DNA of 64,000 bases from Camelus ferus (Eukaryota): assembly GCF_009834535.1 (NCBI RefSeq), contig NC_045696.1, forward strand, positions 108,068,001-108,132,000. Direction: 5' to 3'. The position numbers and the translations under genes are program-made. Below, one piece after another: positions 37,761 to 50,338 of the stretch (positions within the stretch are counted from its first letter, which is position 1; each line of letters starts with the position of its first letter). The notes below the pieces were generated by a model. It did no database searches. It was given only the letters and a program-made list of their open reading frames with translations, and was not told the origin of the DNA.

Positions 37761-38849
37761 CCTCTGCCTCCTCCTGTCCACTGAGGGCTTCCCGTTTGTG
37801 AACGTGGCCTTGGCTCAGAGAGGGAATGCAGGTGTGCACGATTACTTTGTGTGTGTGTCAGGTCTTGGGTGGGGGGCAGTTCTGAAATTACCTGTTTAAT
37901 CTTCACAACCTCTTTATGATTTGGGTACCAGTGCACATATCTCACAGGAGAGGGCATGGTATTCTGAGGAATGAAAGGACCTGTTTGGGTCACACAACTA
38001 GAACGTGGCAAGGGTGGGGCTGAACTGCACACGCCTTGGGCCCACGGCATCCTATAAGGCGATCACGCCCCAGTTGAGGACAAAACTCGGGGCTGGGAGC
38101 AACCTCAGTACTGCAGCAATACTGTGGGCACCGGATTCAGACTTCATTCCCAGAACCAGTTCTTTTACTCCCCAGTTGCTCCTAATCTGCAAAATGAGGA
38201 TGATGCAGCCAGCCCTGCTGAGATTCCAGAGTTGTCCTGTCAATCAGATAAGACTAAGGAGAAATGAGTTTTGGAAATGGTCAAGAGTGGAGGAGATGTA
38301 AAACGGGATGGCCACCAGGGCTGGTTATTAAAATAGTTACGTATTTCTGTACTGGGTGGTAAATAGTGTCCTCCCCTGCCCACCTTACCGCCACTCTGTT
38401 CCTCCCCACAGCCATGGGGTCTGGAACTTCTGCGACGTCCCCTCAGTCTAGCAACCAGAGGAACAGTGCCTTCCCCTGGTCACAAGAAAGAGGGTCACCC
38501 AGAGAAAGGGTTACAGCTTCAGCGCCCCCATCTCTCACCTCTTCCTGTGGGCCCAGAATGTTCATGGTGGCCCTCCTCTCCCGCATGACCTGTCTTCTCC
38601 TTCTCTGACTCCCTATGTTCACCATGAAGTGGCCTGCCCTGGGGGGAGGGGCAGTGGTACCATCTCCTGCTACTCTTAGTGGTGCCTCATGGGGTTGTTC
38701 ACATCGTCAGCCGCCCCCAGGCTCCCTCGATCTCCTTTGGGTCACAGCTGAAGTGGGCAGGAGGGAGGAAGAATGGGTGAAAGCCTTTGAGAAGTCCCAC
38801 GGGAAAGGAAACTGTTGAATTTTATTTAAATGGGTGCTTCTAAACTGTG

Positions 38850-39070
38850 GCAGGTGGCCTAGCCTGATGGTTAGGGGCACAGTGTTGGGAGCCAGACTCC
38901 TTGGAATAAATTGTGCTCCTTCATGGTGGTCTTGGGCAAGTTACTAATTCTGCCTGTGCTCCAGTGTTCCCATCTGTGAAATGGGAATGTTCATGGGACC
39001 TGCCTCCTGGGCTGTGGAGAGAAGGACGTGGATCATTTAAAACCGTTAAGTGTCCGGTTTGTAGTTTGTT
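38850..39070 (+). mobile_element. MIR SINE
   Basis: tggttaggggcacagtgttgggagccagac...cttgggcaagttactaa. Confidence 0.8.
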
Positions 39071-40289
39071 AATCACTTCTACTGGGACTTTAAAAAAAAT
39101 AATATCACATCTATTTTCATACCATTTTTATAGAATGGGTATTCTATAAAAGCTGCTTTTGGAAATGCTGATGTGAAAGAATCTTGAACAGAGAAGGAAG
39201 CAGAAGATGTGTTCACTATATACTTTCCCAATTTCAAATATTTCTTTTGTGATGAGATCATTTGCCTTGGGTTTCGGCTCAGATACTTTGATTGTCGCCA
39301 TTTAGGACATGAATAGCGCTTAAATAATCTTTCAGGTGATTCTTATGAAGCTATTACTGCTCTGGAGAACCTGCCATGCCTGTCTGTTCTCTTTTCTGTT
39401 GAGCCCAAAGCTCCTCACTCCTGCCTTCAGTTGCCCTGTCTGCCTCCTTGCAGGCCGGTGTCATCAAGATGCTGTCACGTCCAGCGCCAGCACAGACTCT
39501 CTGTTCCACCTCAGAGTAGGGCCCAGGGCTTGTCTTTCTCTTTGTCATTCCCACTCCCCCCTGTGATGTCCTCCTGCTTATCCTCACCAAAGCCTGGTTC
39601 TTACCTTCCAAATTATACTCAAAGCTCCACTGTAGAGCATCACCTGAGTGTTCCGGAAAGCACAGATGGGGCTTCAGCCTCAGCCTGGTGGGTACCACTT
39701 GGAGTGTGTTCGCATGCAGCCAGGTGACTTTGCAGCATTTTCTGTGGATGTTCTTTTCTCATTTAGACAATGAGTCCCTTGCACTCCCACCTTCCCACCA
39801 GCACAGGGTCCAGGCCTTCTCTTTCTTTTGCAGCCAGCTCAGTTCTTTGCACCCAGTGGGTGCTGCTCAGGGCAGGAAGGAGGGACAGCTGCAGAGCTGA
39901 GGATGCAGGCCCAGAATCAGATGAGTTTTCCAAGGCCAGAACTCATCAGGCCTATAGTCAGAAAGCCTATAAAGCAACCAGAAATTGCTTTCTTTGTAGC
40001 ATAAGCAGTGAGGGTGTTTAGAAAGCATCCCTTTTATCTTCTCGCTCTGCAGGAGCAGAAATGAAAGCCTAGAAAAATTGGCCCTAACATCACACAGTGG
40101 GAACTCAGGGAGGGGTTTGACCCTGCACCTGGTATCCCCTCCCTGACAGTGAGTCTGGCCACAATCCATCTGCTGCCTAGACTCCCAGCAGGGACCACAC
40201 CTGCCTTCACGGGCCGCCTCAGTCTCCCTAGGAGCTGCCACTGGGGGATGAGGGTGACAGGGGGCAGTGGCTTCTGGTGAAGGCTGTCT

Positions 40290-40495
40290 TCACCTCCCAG
40301 CTGTATCATCCGGCTCTGTGCCCTTGGGCAGTTACTCGACCTCTTTAAACCTCAATTCTGCGTCTGGAAATGAAAGGGGGACGATGATAATGGTTCCCAC
40401 CTCATGAGGATGTTGAATTCAGTTGGCTCATCTGTATGGAGGGCCTAGCACAGTGCCTGGCAGTAAGGGCTCATCACATGTGCCATTATTGTTTT
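40290..40495 (+). mobile_element. MIR SINE
   Basis: ccttgggcagttactcgacctct...cctagcacagtgcctggca. Confidence 0.8.
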
Positions 40496-41019
40496 ATGTA
40501 TGACTTGACTCAACGCCATGGGTTCTAGAAAGATCTCAGCTCAGAAATCCCTCCTCTGTGAAGCCTCCCGCACTTCTTCTCTATGTACAGAATCTCTGCC
40601 ATCCTCCTCCGGGCCTGTGAAGCACCTTAAACTCACATGTGTTCACATTCAACACCCGTCCATGGGCCCGCCCCTCCACGGTCACGTCAGGGACTAGTGA
40701 GCAGGCGGCCGGTCCTTCACATTCAGCGAATGCTTGAAATAAACATATTGAAAGTGGCTTCTCCTGCCCTGCTCCTCTATTTTTAAATTTTAATTTAATT
40801 TATTCATTTTTAAAAACAGGCACTGCCTTCCCGTGGTTCAAAATCCACAGTAAATATACAGTAAAAATTCTCCCTTCTTTGCCTTTCCCTTCCCCAGAAG
40901 CAGTGTTACAATTTTTAAATGGCGTTTCCTTCCAGAACTATTATTTGTGTGTGCGTATGTATAGCTATGTAAATGGTCTGTCAATATTTCTGCCCCTCCC
41001 ATTTGGATGACTCATCTGC

Positions 41020-41370
41020 ATTGTTGATGTGGTTGGAGAGCCCAGGTTCTGGAGCCAGAGGACCTGGGTGCAAAGCCCTGGCTCGACTACCTACCACCTG
41101 TGTGATCTTGGGGAGGTTACTTAACGACTCTGGGTCTTGCTTCCTCATTTGTAAAATGGGTATATAGCAGTAGCTGTCCCGTCGGACTGTTAGGAGATGT
41201 GTGTAAAGCATTGAGAATGGTGCTGGCATCGAGTAAGGGCACCATGACGTCAGTTATTATTATGGGCTGCCATTCATTCAGTGCTTACCCCAAGCCAGGG
41301 CGATGCTAGCTCCTTTATGCTTATCATCTCCTTGATCACCCAACAACCCTGTGAAGTGAGGACTGTCTCC
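41020..41370. mobile_element. two MIRs tail-to-tail (+ 41020-41262, - 41265-41370)
   Basis: ctggagccaga...ttcctcatttgtaaaatggg; then cattcattcagtgcttac...caacaaccctgtgaagt. Confidence 0.75.
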
Positions 41371-42816
41371 ATCACACATCAGCCTCAGGGCTGGTATCTG
41401 GCATCTGAGTCCAGTTTCCTTGGGCAGTGAATGTCAGAGATGAGATTTAAGGCTGAACAGAATGGCCAGGGTCTATATTGTCCCTTACAGCTTCTGTTTC
41501 TATCTTCTTCCTAGGGCTAAACTCTGCACACAGTAGGTGCTCAGAAGAAGCTTGGTCTTTCCTTACCCATGCCTTTGGTTTGTGTTTTGAGGGCATCACT
41601 TCTGAGCAGGCTCTTTGGGGCTCTTGATATGTCCTGGTTTGACCCTCAGTTCAGCCCAGGTCCTTATGCTTAGACTCTGCAGTGCCTGCCTGGCACGTCT
41701 CTAAGGGAATCTGCCTTCCAATTTTCTTTTTCTTTTTTTCTCGTGTTTATATCAGCAGAAATGAAGTAGAGAAAAACCAGCCTTTAACTAGGATTTTATT
41801 ACCCATTGACCTCAGCCATCTCCATCTATGTCTTCCAAGCTCTGCCCATTAGTAGTCAGGGCAACGTGGTGGAACTCCCTGCCTGCTGCAGTTGGCTGAG
41901 TTTAATTCTCCCCTGCTGCCCCCGCTGGCTGGGCACGGCCACCCTGAGTACTTGCTTCAGAAGCACTGTCAGGCACAGCCCTGGAAAAGTACATCAGGAA
42001 AATGAGACGTGTTTGCTGGAAGAGACGGATAACTGCCCAGCCCTTTATTCTCAGAGAATAATTGCTGCTTTAAGTATGGTTCATGGGTCATTGCTGGAAA
42101 TCATGAGGTTGAACATGACGCAGAACTGTACTTACGGGAATGGCTGACTTTGAAGATGCTCAGTTGGGCTGAAGCTTTGCTCTAGCCTGTCTTGAACCTG
42201 ATAACCTGATCCCCACCCATCCCCCCACCTCCCTCTTTGTGTCTCTGGCTTCTGCAGAAGAAGGGAGCACAGTTTTCTGCATTTATCTCCTCCTCACTTC
42301 AGCACACTTCTATTTCCCTGTCCAGATTCACATCATCCTCTTCCAAATTGCCCATCTCGCCTCTTTCTACGATCTCTCCTAACTTCTGAAGCAAACCTGA
42401 TTCTTTCCTTTTCCAGAGGTTGAAAATGTTTCCCCATGTTTTCCTCTCCACTAGCAGCTCTTCTGCCTTCAGATCCACACGGGCCTCCTCCACCATCGCT
42501 TGGCTCCGTTGCCGCTAGTTCCTTCCTTGTCCCGTGAGTATTCCTGACATCTTCTGTAAGTGCAGAAGACAAGAACAAAGCAGACACAGTTCCTGTCCTG
42601 GAGAAGCTTACACTTGAGCATTGGGACAAAAATGTGACTAACGGGTATGATGTGTAGGGTGTGTGCTGGGATAACAGTAAGCACGGACCCATGGGAGCCC
42701 AGGTGAGGCTGGTGGAAGGACAGATCTGTTGAGAAAACCCAACAAAGACAAGCGGGCTTTGTCAATCAGGACATGGAGACTTTTGCACTGAGTGTGTACT
42801 GTCAGGGTCAGGCAAC

Positions 42817-43283
42817 CTTTTTTTTTTTTTCAATTGTTGAGTACTTGATTTACAATGTTAGTTCCAGGTGAACAGCAAAGCGATTCAGTTATACATATAC
42901 ATACACATATATTTTTTTCTTTTCAGATTCTTTTCTTTTATTATTACAAGAAATTGAATATAGCTCCCTGTGCTATACAGTAGGTCCTGGTTGTTTATCT
43001 ATTTTATATATAGTAATGTGTGTCTGTTAATCCTCACCCTCTAATTTATCCCTCCCTGCCCTTTCCCCTTTGGTAATTATAGTTTGTTTTCTATGTCCTT
43101 GAGTATTTTGTTGGTTTGTAAATAGAATTTGTATCATTTTTTTTCAGATTCCACATATAAGTGATATATGATATTTGTCTTTCTCTGTCTGACTTACTTT
43201 TCTCAGTATGATAATCTCTAGGTCCATCCACGTTGGCGCAGCAGATAACATTATTTCATTCTTTTTTATGGCTGAATAGTAAA
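42817..43283 (-). mobile_element. 5'-truncated L1 3' end
   Basis: poly(T), ccctgtgctatacagtaggtcc, agattccacatataagtgata; TSD ggtcaggcaac at 42806 and 43284. Confidence 0.92.
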
Positions 43284-43359
43284 GGTCAGGCAACTTCTTA
43301 CAGCTGCCACCCTATACCCAGTTCTGCCATCCGCATCTGGAGATGTGATGCAGTTAATC

Positions 43360-43525
43360 CTGATTCTGTCCATCTTCTCTCGACTCTGTGTTCAGTGACT
43401 TCATGTTGGTAGCTTAAAATTAGCCATGGTGGGAGTGTTAACACCATGGAAGTCAGCAAACACTACAAAAACTGAGCTTTTGGTTTTTTTTTTTTTTTTT
43501 GAGAACCAGTTTACTAGCACATCTC
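43360..43525. mobile_element. MER63-type hAT-Blackjack MITE
   Basis: gttcagtgacttcatgttggtagcttaaaattagccatggtgggagtgttaacaccatggaa...tttactagcaca. Confidence 0.8.
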
Positions 43526-44139
43526 TAGGGCATCACAGAGAAAGTAACATTTTTCTTGGGACTTGAAAGGTAGGCAGCAGATTTCTAGGTGAAGAAAATG
43601 GGGAGAGGAAATGGTGGAGGACATTTGTTTGCTGGGGATTTTTCAGTTGTAAATGGTATAAACTTAATTCAGACTAATTCAGGAAGGTGAAAAGGATTGC
43701 ATTAGCTCCGTCATAAGGAAGATGGGGTACTTGCAGGCATGGCTGGAACAAGGGGTTCAACCAATGTTATTGAGAATCTCTATCTTTTCTTAAAAGTGCT
43801 GCTGGCTCTCTCTCCATCTCTGTCATCTCTTATCTCTCTTCCTCTCCGTCTTCTCTATCTCAGCTCTACTTCCAGTCACACAAGGTGAGATGCTTTTAAA
43901 TCCATCTGCCAATTGACTCTATATGTAGTCATATGCCTACCCTTGGACACCTACTGCAGGAAGATGTATGTGTGCTAATTAAAAGAAAAGATTCTATTTT
44001 CAGAAGAGGAAAGATTTACTAAGCAGGGAAAGAACATCATTTTCTCACAAGATTACAGGCAGTGGGAAGAGAGCGAGAAGTGAAAGGACCTGACGAGCTT
44101 AAGGAATGTGGAGATGCTTGGTGTGAGTGGCATCGAGGA

Positions 44140-44840
44140 TTCTTCCTTGCATTGTCAAACTTCCAGAAAGGATGCCTCATACTTGTGGCTCCAATCCTTT
44201 TGAACTAGCCCTCTGCATCGTAGAGTTCTTCTCACCATTCTATTGAGACTAATCTCTTGAAAGGACATGAAAAAACTCTTCGGTCCCCAAACCAACAGTT
44301 TTCTCTACCCTCATTTTCTTGATCTGTGTTGTTTGACATTGACCCACACAATGTTCAGTATTTTTTCTTGAAATTCTTATCTTCCTCCTTGGCCTTCACA
44401 ATAATACCATCTGCATGTCTTCTGCCTCCCTGCAGATTCTTTTTTAATCACAGCTATGGTTGGACACCTTTATCCTTGGCCCACTTCTCTTTTTTCACTT
44501 TTGGTTTTCCTCTGGGCCATCCCTTGTTCCCAGAGTTTAAACCACATTAGTAACTTTCATTATCTAACATTCTGGACCTCGCCTCTGAGCCTCCAGTTAC
44601 GTACCTCTGGCACTCTGTTATACTTCCTTCCAGAGATTGCATGTTTACTCAGACCAACCTGGCAGAAATGGAAGTTATCTCAAACTCCTCTCATAATTCT
44701 CCTGCCCCTCTGGATAATGCCGTATTTATAGGTTTCCAGTTGCCAGTCACTACAATGATCTCTGGTGAGCATTTCCTTTTCAGCTCTCCCACTCCAGCCC
44801 TTGACCTCAGGCTGCACTATTTTTCTTGACAGGCATACTG
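44140..44840 (+). mobile_element. L2 LINE internal fragment
   Basis: cctcattttcttgatctgtgttgtttgacattgaccca...ttcttgaaattcttatcttcc...ggacctcgcctctgagcctccag. Confidence 0.65.
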
Positions 44841-44859
44841 AATAATGACACAAAGATTT

Positions 44860-47070
44860 CTAATATAATTCTAGTGTGTTCAGACAACCTACTTTGTATA
44901 AGTTTAATCTTTTAAAATGTTTTGAGGTTTGTTTATGGCCTATACTATACTCTGCCTTGGTAGTTGTTTTGTATGCACTCAAAAAGTATGTACTCTGCTG
45001 TTGCTTGGAGAGTTCAATGAATTTCAGTTAGGTCAAGTTTGTTCATAATGTTGTTCAAGTCTCATATCTCCTTACTGTTTTTTTTTCTTCTACTTTGATC
45101 AATTGTTGATAGAGAGAGAAAGAGAGAGAGCGAGAGAGAGAGAGAGTGAGCGAGTGAGAGAGCTGTTAAAAATCTTTGGCTCTTATTGTGAATTTGTCTA
45201 TTTCTCTTCGCTTTTCTATCACTTTTTTGCTTTATGTATTTTGAAGCTATGTTGTCAGGTGTGTAAATGTTAAAGCTTGTTAATTCTTCTTGATGAATTG
45301 ACCCCTCTGCCATTATGAAATGACTATGTTCACCTCTGGTTATATTATTTGCTTTAAAATATTTTTATGGATATTGTTACTCCAGCTTTCTTTTTTAAAA
45401 ATTAATTTTAGTATGGTACATCCTTTTCCTTTCTTTAAAAAAATTTAAAATCTATTTGTGTTCTTGTATTTAAAGGAGGTTTCTTATAGGCACTTATGGG
45501 TCAGTCTTGATATTTTTATCTGATCTGACAATCTTTGCCTCCTGTTTGGAATTTTCAGCCCATTCATATCTATTATGATTAGTGAAATAGGTTTTCTTTC
45601 TGGGTTTGTTTCATTTTGGATAGCTTCTATGTCTACATCTTTTTTTTTAAACATTTTTTATTGATTTATAATCATTTTACAATGTTGTATCAAATTCCAG
45701 TGTAGAGCGCAATTTTTCAGTTATACATGAACATATATATATATTCATTGTCACATTTTTTTCGCTGTGAGCTACCATAAGATCTTGTATATATTTCCCT
45801 GTGCTATACAATATAACCTTGTTTATCTATTCTGCATTTTGAAATCCCAGTCTATCCCTTCCCACCCCCCCACCCCCTTGGCAACCACAAGTTTGTATTC
45901 TTTGTCTATGAGTCTGTTTCTGTTTTGTATTTATGCTTTGTTTGTTTGTTTGTTTGTTTTTAGATTCCACATATGAGCGATCTCATATGGTATTTTTCTT
46001 TCTCTTTCTGGCTTACTTCACTTAGAATGACATTCTCCGGGAGCATCGATGTTGCTGCAAATGGTGTTATGTTGTTGGTTTTTATGGCTGAATAGTATTT
46101 CATTGTATAAATATACTACAGCTTCTTTATCCAGTCATCTGTTGATGGACATTTGGGCTGTTTCTGTGTCTTGGCTATTGTTAATAATGCTGCTATGAAT
46201 ATTGTGGTGCAGGTGCACATCTTTAAGTTGACTAACATTTTCTTCTGCTACACCTAATCTGCCGTTAATCCCATCCAGCATTATTATTTTTAAAAATACC
46301 AGACACTGCTGTTTTTATCTCTAGAAGTTTTATTTGGGTCTTTTAAAATATTTTCTGTACTTAATCTTTTCTTTAGCTTTTTGAATATATGGAATACTAT
46401 TATAACAATTGTTTTAATGACTCTCTAAGCTAATTCAATTCTGTTTTAGTTCTAGGCCATTTCAATTAACTGTTTTTCCTCATTATTGTAAGTCATATTT
46501 TCCTGCTTCTTCACATGCTTGCTTATTTTTTATTGGATTTTTAGACATTGTAAATTTTAACTTGTTAAGGTGTTGGCATTTTTATGCTTCTGTGAATATT
46601 CTTAGCTTTACCTGAGATGCAGTTAAATTATTTGGAAACAGTTTGATCATTCTTGCTTTTAAGATTTATCAGACAAAAATCAGAGCATCATTTAACCTAG
46701 GGCTAATTTCCCCCCTACTGAGGCAAGATCTTTCTGAGTAGTCAACCCACTATTTCATGAATGATGAGGTTTTCCAGTCTGGCTGGTGGGCACAAGCACT
46801 GTTCCTCATTCCGTGTGACCACCGAATACTGCCCCTTCTAATCTTTTTGAAAAGCTCTTTTCTTGGCCTCAGAGAGTATTTTTTCACATGCATTTGCTGA
46901 TTAGTACTTGGTGAACACTCACAGGGGCATTTCTGCATATCTCCAGTGTTTTCTTTTTCTGCTGCACTCTCCTCTCTGATACTGTAAACTCTCACTGCCT
47001 TGGTCTCCTGAACTTTCAAGTCTGTGACCTCAGCTTAAGTAGTCTGGCAGACTCTGCCTGTGTTCTCTTG
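44860..47070 (-). mobile_element. old L1M (endonuclease region + 5' region), interrupted by a young L1
   Basis: ORF 45062-45313(-) EGSIHQEELTSFNIYTPDNIASKYIKQK matches the L1 endonuclease domain; T-rich L1-like 5' part resumes at 46225. Confidence 0.8.
45643..46216 (-). mobile_element. 5'-truncated young L1 3' end
   Basis: 3'UTR shared with 1580-2798; TSD acatcttt at 45635 and 46217 followed by aa (TT/AAAG endonuclease site). Confidence 0.93.
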
Positions 47071-47255
47071 CAATGTCTACCATTATTTTTCCCTGCTCCA
47101 TCTATCCAACTTGAGCGATCTATAGGCAATTTGAATTAGTCATCTCCATAGGTGATCCCTCCCTAGGAGGCGAAGGTCTTAATGTTCTCTTCAAGTCCTG
47201 GCTACCACATTTCAGATATAACTCTGGTGAGAGCTACTCTTTGGGTTTATATGAT

Positions 47256-47289
47256 AAAAAAAAAAAAAAAAGAAAAAGAAAAAGAAAAA

Positions 47290-47321
<32 letters not shown>

Positions 47322-47370
47322 AGAAAAGAAAAGAAAAGAAAAGAAAAGAAAAGAAAAGAAAAAAAGAAGA
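47256..47370. repeat. poly(A)/(GAAAA)n tract
   Basis: directly visible. Confidence 0.97.
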
Positions 47371-47787
47371 GTGAAAAACTATAAATTAAGCAACAGTTAT
47401 ATGAGGCATACTTGGCATAAAATACCATGCAGGAATTAGAAACCATCAGTTTCTGCACTTCCGTCACGTTACCTCCTGAGCACACTGGCTCTCTATTTGG
47501 CCTTTAACCATGTTTGCCAACCTGAGTTAAATTCTTCTTCCTCTGCCTGCCCCCAGCCTTAACATACACATTCAAAAGTCAGGAGTCTTCAGGAACTCTA
47601 CTCATGCATTTTTGTCTTCTTTTTTTGACTCTTTGATTGGCCAGAAATGAAGCACATTGGTTCAATGTCCTTTAGCTTCATTCTCTACTCTGCCTATCTG
47701 ACCTCTCAGGAGAATACTTCCATACATACAGAGGGAGATGGAGCAAAACCTTTTCCTTCAGACCTTTCCTAGATTCAGCAACCCACC

Positions 47788-47789
<2 letters not shown>

Positions 47790-47820
<31 letters not shown>
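47790..47820. repeat. (AC)n microsatellite
   Basis: directly visible. Confidence 0.97.
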
Positions 47821-47824
<4 letters not shown>

Positions 47825-48229
47825 AATTTGGCAGCTCTCCAGTCCTGCTTTTCTGTTGCACCCCACCCTCTGCCGATTCAGTGAAACTGGGACTGAGGAC
47901 AGATGAATCTGCCTGACTTTGGGGTTGTCTCCCAATGCTGGCACAACCCAGATACCCAGATGATGACCATCTAACTTCTTTCTGTTTTCTGAAATTCATG
48001 GCCAAAGGAGACAGCAGCAGTTCACAACAGCTCCACTTTCTATACCAGGTGAGTTCTGGAAGGATGTCTCCATAGAAGGGATGCTAGTTCTTCCAGATCA
48101 TGTGTTTAAAAACATATAGAAAAGATAAGACATCTTTAGAGCAAATTTGTAGTAGGTTCCAGACAGCGACTTCTTCCAGCTAGCTGAGCATTATAGAATA
48201 GACCTCTGGTTTAGTTTGAAACTTGTCAT

Positions 48230-48720
48230 TTATTTTCTTGCCCAAGGATCGTCTGCTCAGCTCCCAAGTAATGCTGAATTTCTCTTTGGTGTTTAAAATC
48301 ATTCCTTTGGTGTTCTTTTCATTCATTGGAAAATGGATTCTTTTCCCTCTAGATTTGGAAGGTAAATGCCTGGGTGGGACAGTGATGTGAGGCTGTCAAT
48401 TGAGAGCAATAAGAATTCCAGTGAAGAACACGAGTTGGATTCAATCAGATATTGATTTTTTTTTCAGCCCAGTAAATTGTGGCTGCTTCATAGCGAGGGT
48501 AACAAGTACGCTGTGCTTTTCAGAAAGAGAGGTGATCAGCTTTTAAACAATAAAGAGGAGCACTGCTGGGCAGAGTGATTCGATTTAAATCCGCATGAAA
48601 GCCAGTTGTGAGTTTAAGGTAAACAAAGCAACATTAAAAGCCATCACCACACCCAGAACCCCATGTCAACAATAAAACAGATATGGGAATTTAAGTCATC
48701 CAAGGTGAATTTGAAAGAAA
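48230..48720 (+). mobile_element. ancient CR1-clade LINE RT fossil
   Basis: from 48439, IQSDID-FFx-QPSKLWLLHSEGNKYAVL (one frameshift in a T run) has the spacing of LQxDLDxLxxWSxxWxLxFNxxKCxVL; VNKA downstream and a QGS-like stretch upstream. Confidence 0.55.
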
Positions 48721-50029
48721 TTGATTCCTTTGAGAATAACAGACCAGATTTAGCTGAAATATCTCAGTGGCTATGCATTTGGTCATCCCTTTCCCAGGCA
48801 TGTAGAAAGAATTCAGTGTCCCAGGGCCCTCTGATGGGCAGTCACAGGCCACTGAGGGCAGGGGACCTCTTTCTCTTCTAGAAAGAGTGCTCTTAGGGAC
48901 CAAAGGGATATAAGGTTTTCTGGGGCTCCCTCCCCCCTGACTTTGTGCCTTGCCTCCTGTGTACTAGCTTTTTCGGCTCAGTTCCCTCCTTTGGGCATCT
49001 AATGCTGTGTGTCTCAGCTAAAACCTCACCCTTTCTGAGCAGAGGAACTGAGCTCACACCCCTGAGATCTCTGTGTGACGATTTCTGCTGCTGGTCATGC
49101 TTCCGGGAGACCCTGACTGTGTATTTCCAGCTCCAGGCTTATGGGGTCAGTGTTGTGTGTCTTCTGTTCTGTTCGTTTGATAATGGAGAGCTCTGGGCCT
49201 CCCATTATTTGTGGGTCTAAGACTGCCCTGGAATCACCATGCTGAACCGTGCCTCTGGCTCCCGCAGGCCTGGGCAGGCACAGGGACAGACGGCACGTGC
49301 TTATCCTCTCCTAGAACCAAGGCTGACCTGAGGGGCAGTGCCTCTCCTTTTCAAGCCCAGGAAGGTGCTATTTGTGTGTGTCCAGATAAGATTTCGAGAC
49401 TCTAATTTATGGTTTTTTTCTTCTTGCATTTTCCCCTGTCTCTTCTTCCTATTCATACTGGCTCTGCTTATTGCCTCAAGGAATGTTTAGGACAGAGTAA
49501 AAGGCAGATGGCAGCAAAACAACTCTTCTAGGACGTTGTTCTAGAAACCTAATTCTTAAAGGGAGAGGATAGATTAAAAAGTCTTTTGAAAAAATACAAG
49601 GAGGGCAGCTTCTCACCCCCAACCTTATTCTAGAATTTGCTTCCCCAGGCTGGGGAGTGGGAGGAAAAAGAGGCTGAGGGAGCCCAGAATAACACAGAGC
49701 TGGACCCATCTTCTTGGCCATGCCTTGGCGAGACAGTGATGTCTCAGCGAAAGCAGCCGTGTGGTACAGATGGGATCACTGGCCATATTGAAGAAAGAGG
49801 CTCATGCGCCAGGCGTGGAACAGAAATAGGGAGCTGCAAGTCACGCAGGGGCCACACGGACAGGGCCAATAGCCATCTCACTGCTGACCGTTGTATACAG
49901 ATGATCAAGGGCCAGTGGGGATCACCTTCTTCAATATCTTGGCAAAGGGTAAGAACTTAGAAATAACTATCACAGTCTATGGGAGTGGGCAATAGTCCCA
50001 GGGACTAAGGTTACTTAGTAATTGAGAGA

Positions 50030-50338
50030 CCAGATCAAGTCTCATTTCCCCCCTGAGCACATAGGAAGAACATCTTGCACTTAAGGCCAGACAAATGACT
50101 GGTTCTGACCAATAAGCTGAGAGTAGAAGCGATGCAAATTATTTCCCGGCAAAGGCAGCGGAAAACCCCACGTTACCTTCTGGGTTCTTACTTCTCCCAT
50201 TGCATGTTGGGATGGCAGGGTCACACCCTCCAGCTGATGTGTGCTGGTCATGTAATATAAATGAGAAATAAACCAATTTTGGGTTAAATCACTGAGATTT
50301 CAGGGTTAACTTGTTCCTTGCAGCAAAACCCAACCTGG
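50030..50338 (+). mobile_element. MaLR LTR (MLT1I/J-like)
   Basis: tgactggttctgaccaataagctgagagtagaag...gagaaataaacc...cactgagatttcaggg. Confidence 0.7.

Noticed and set aside
47182..47485. Lys-rich and Phe-rich ORFs
   Set aside because: Translations of the A-rich tract.
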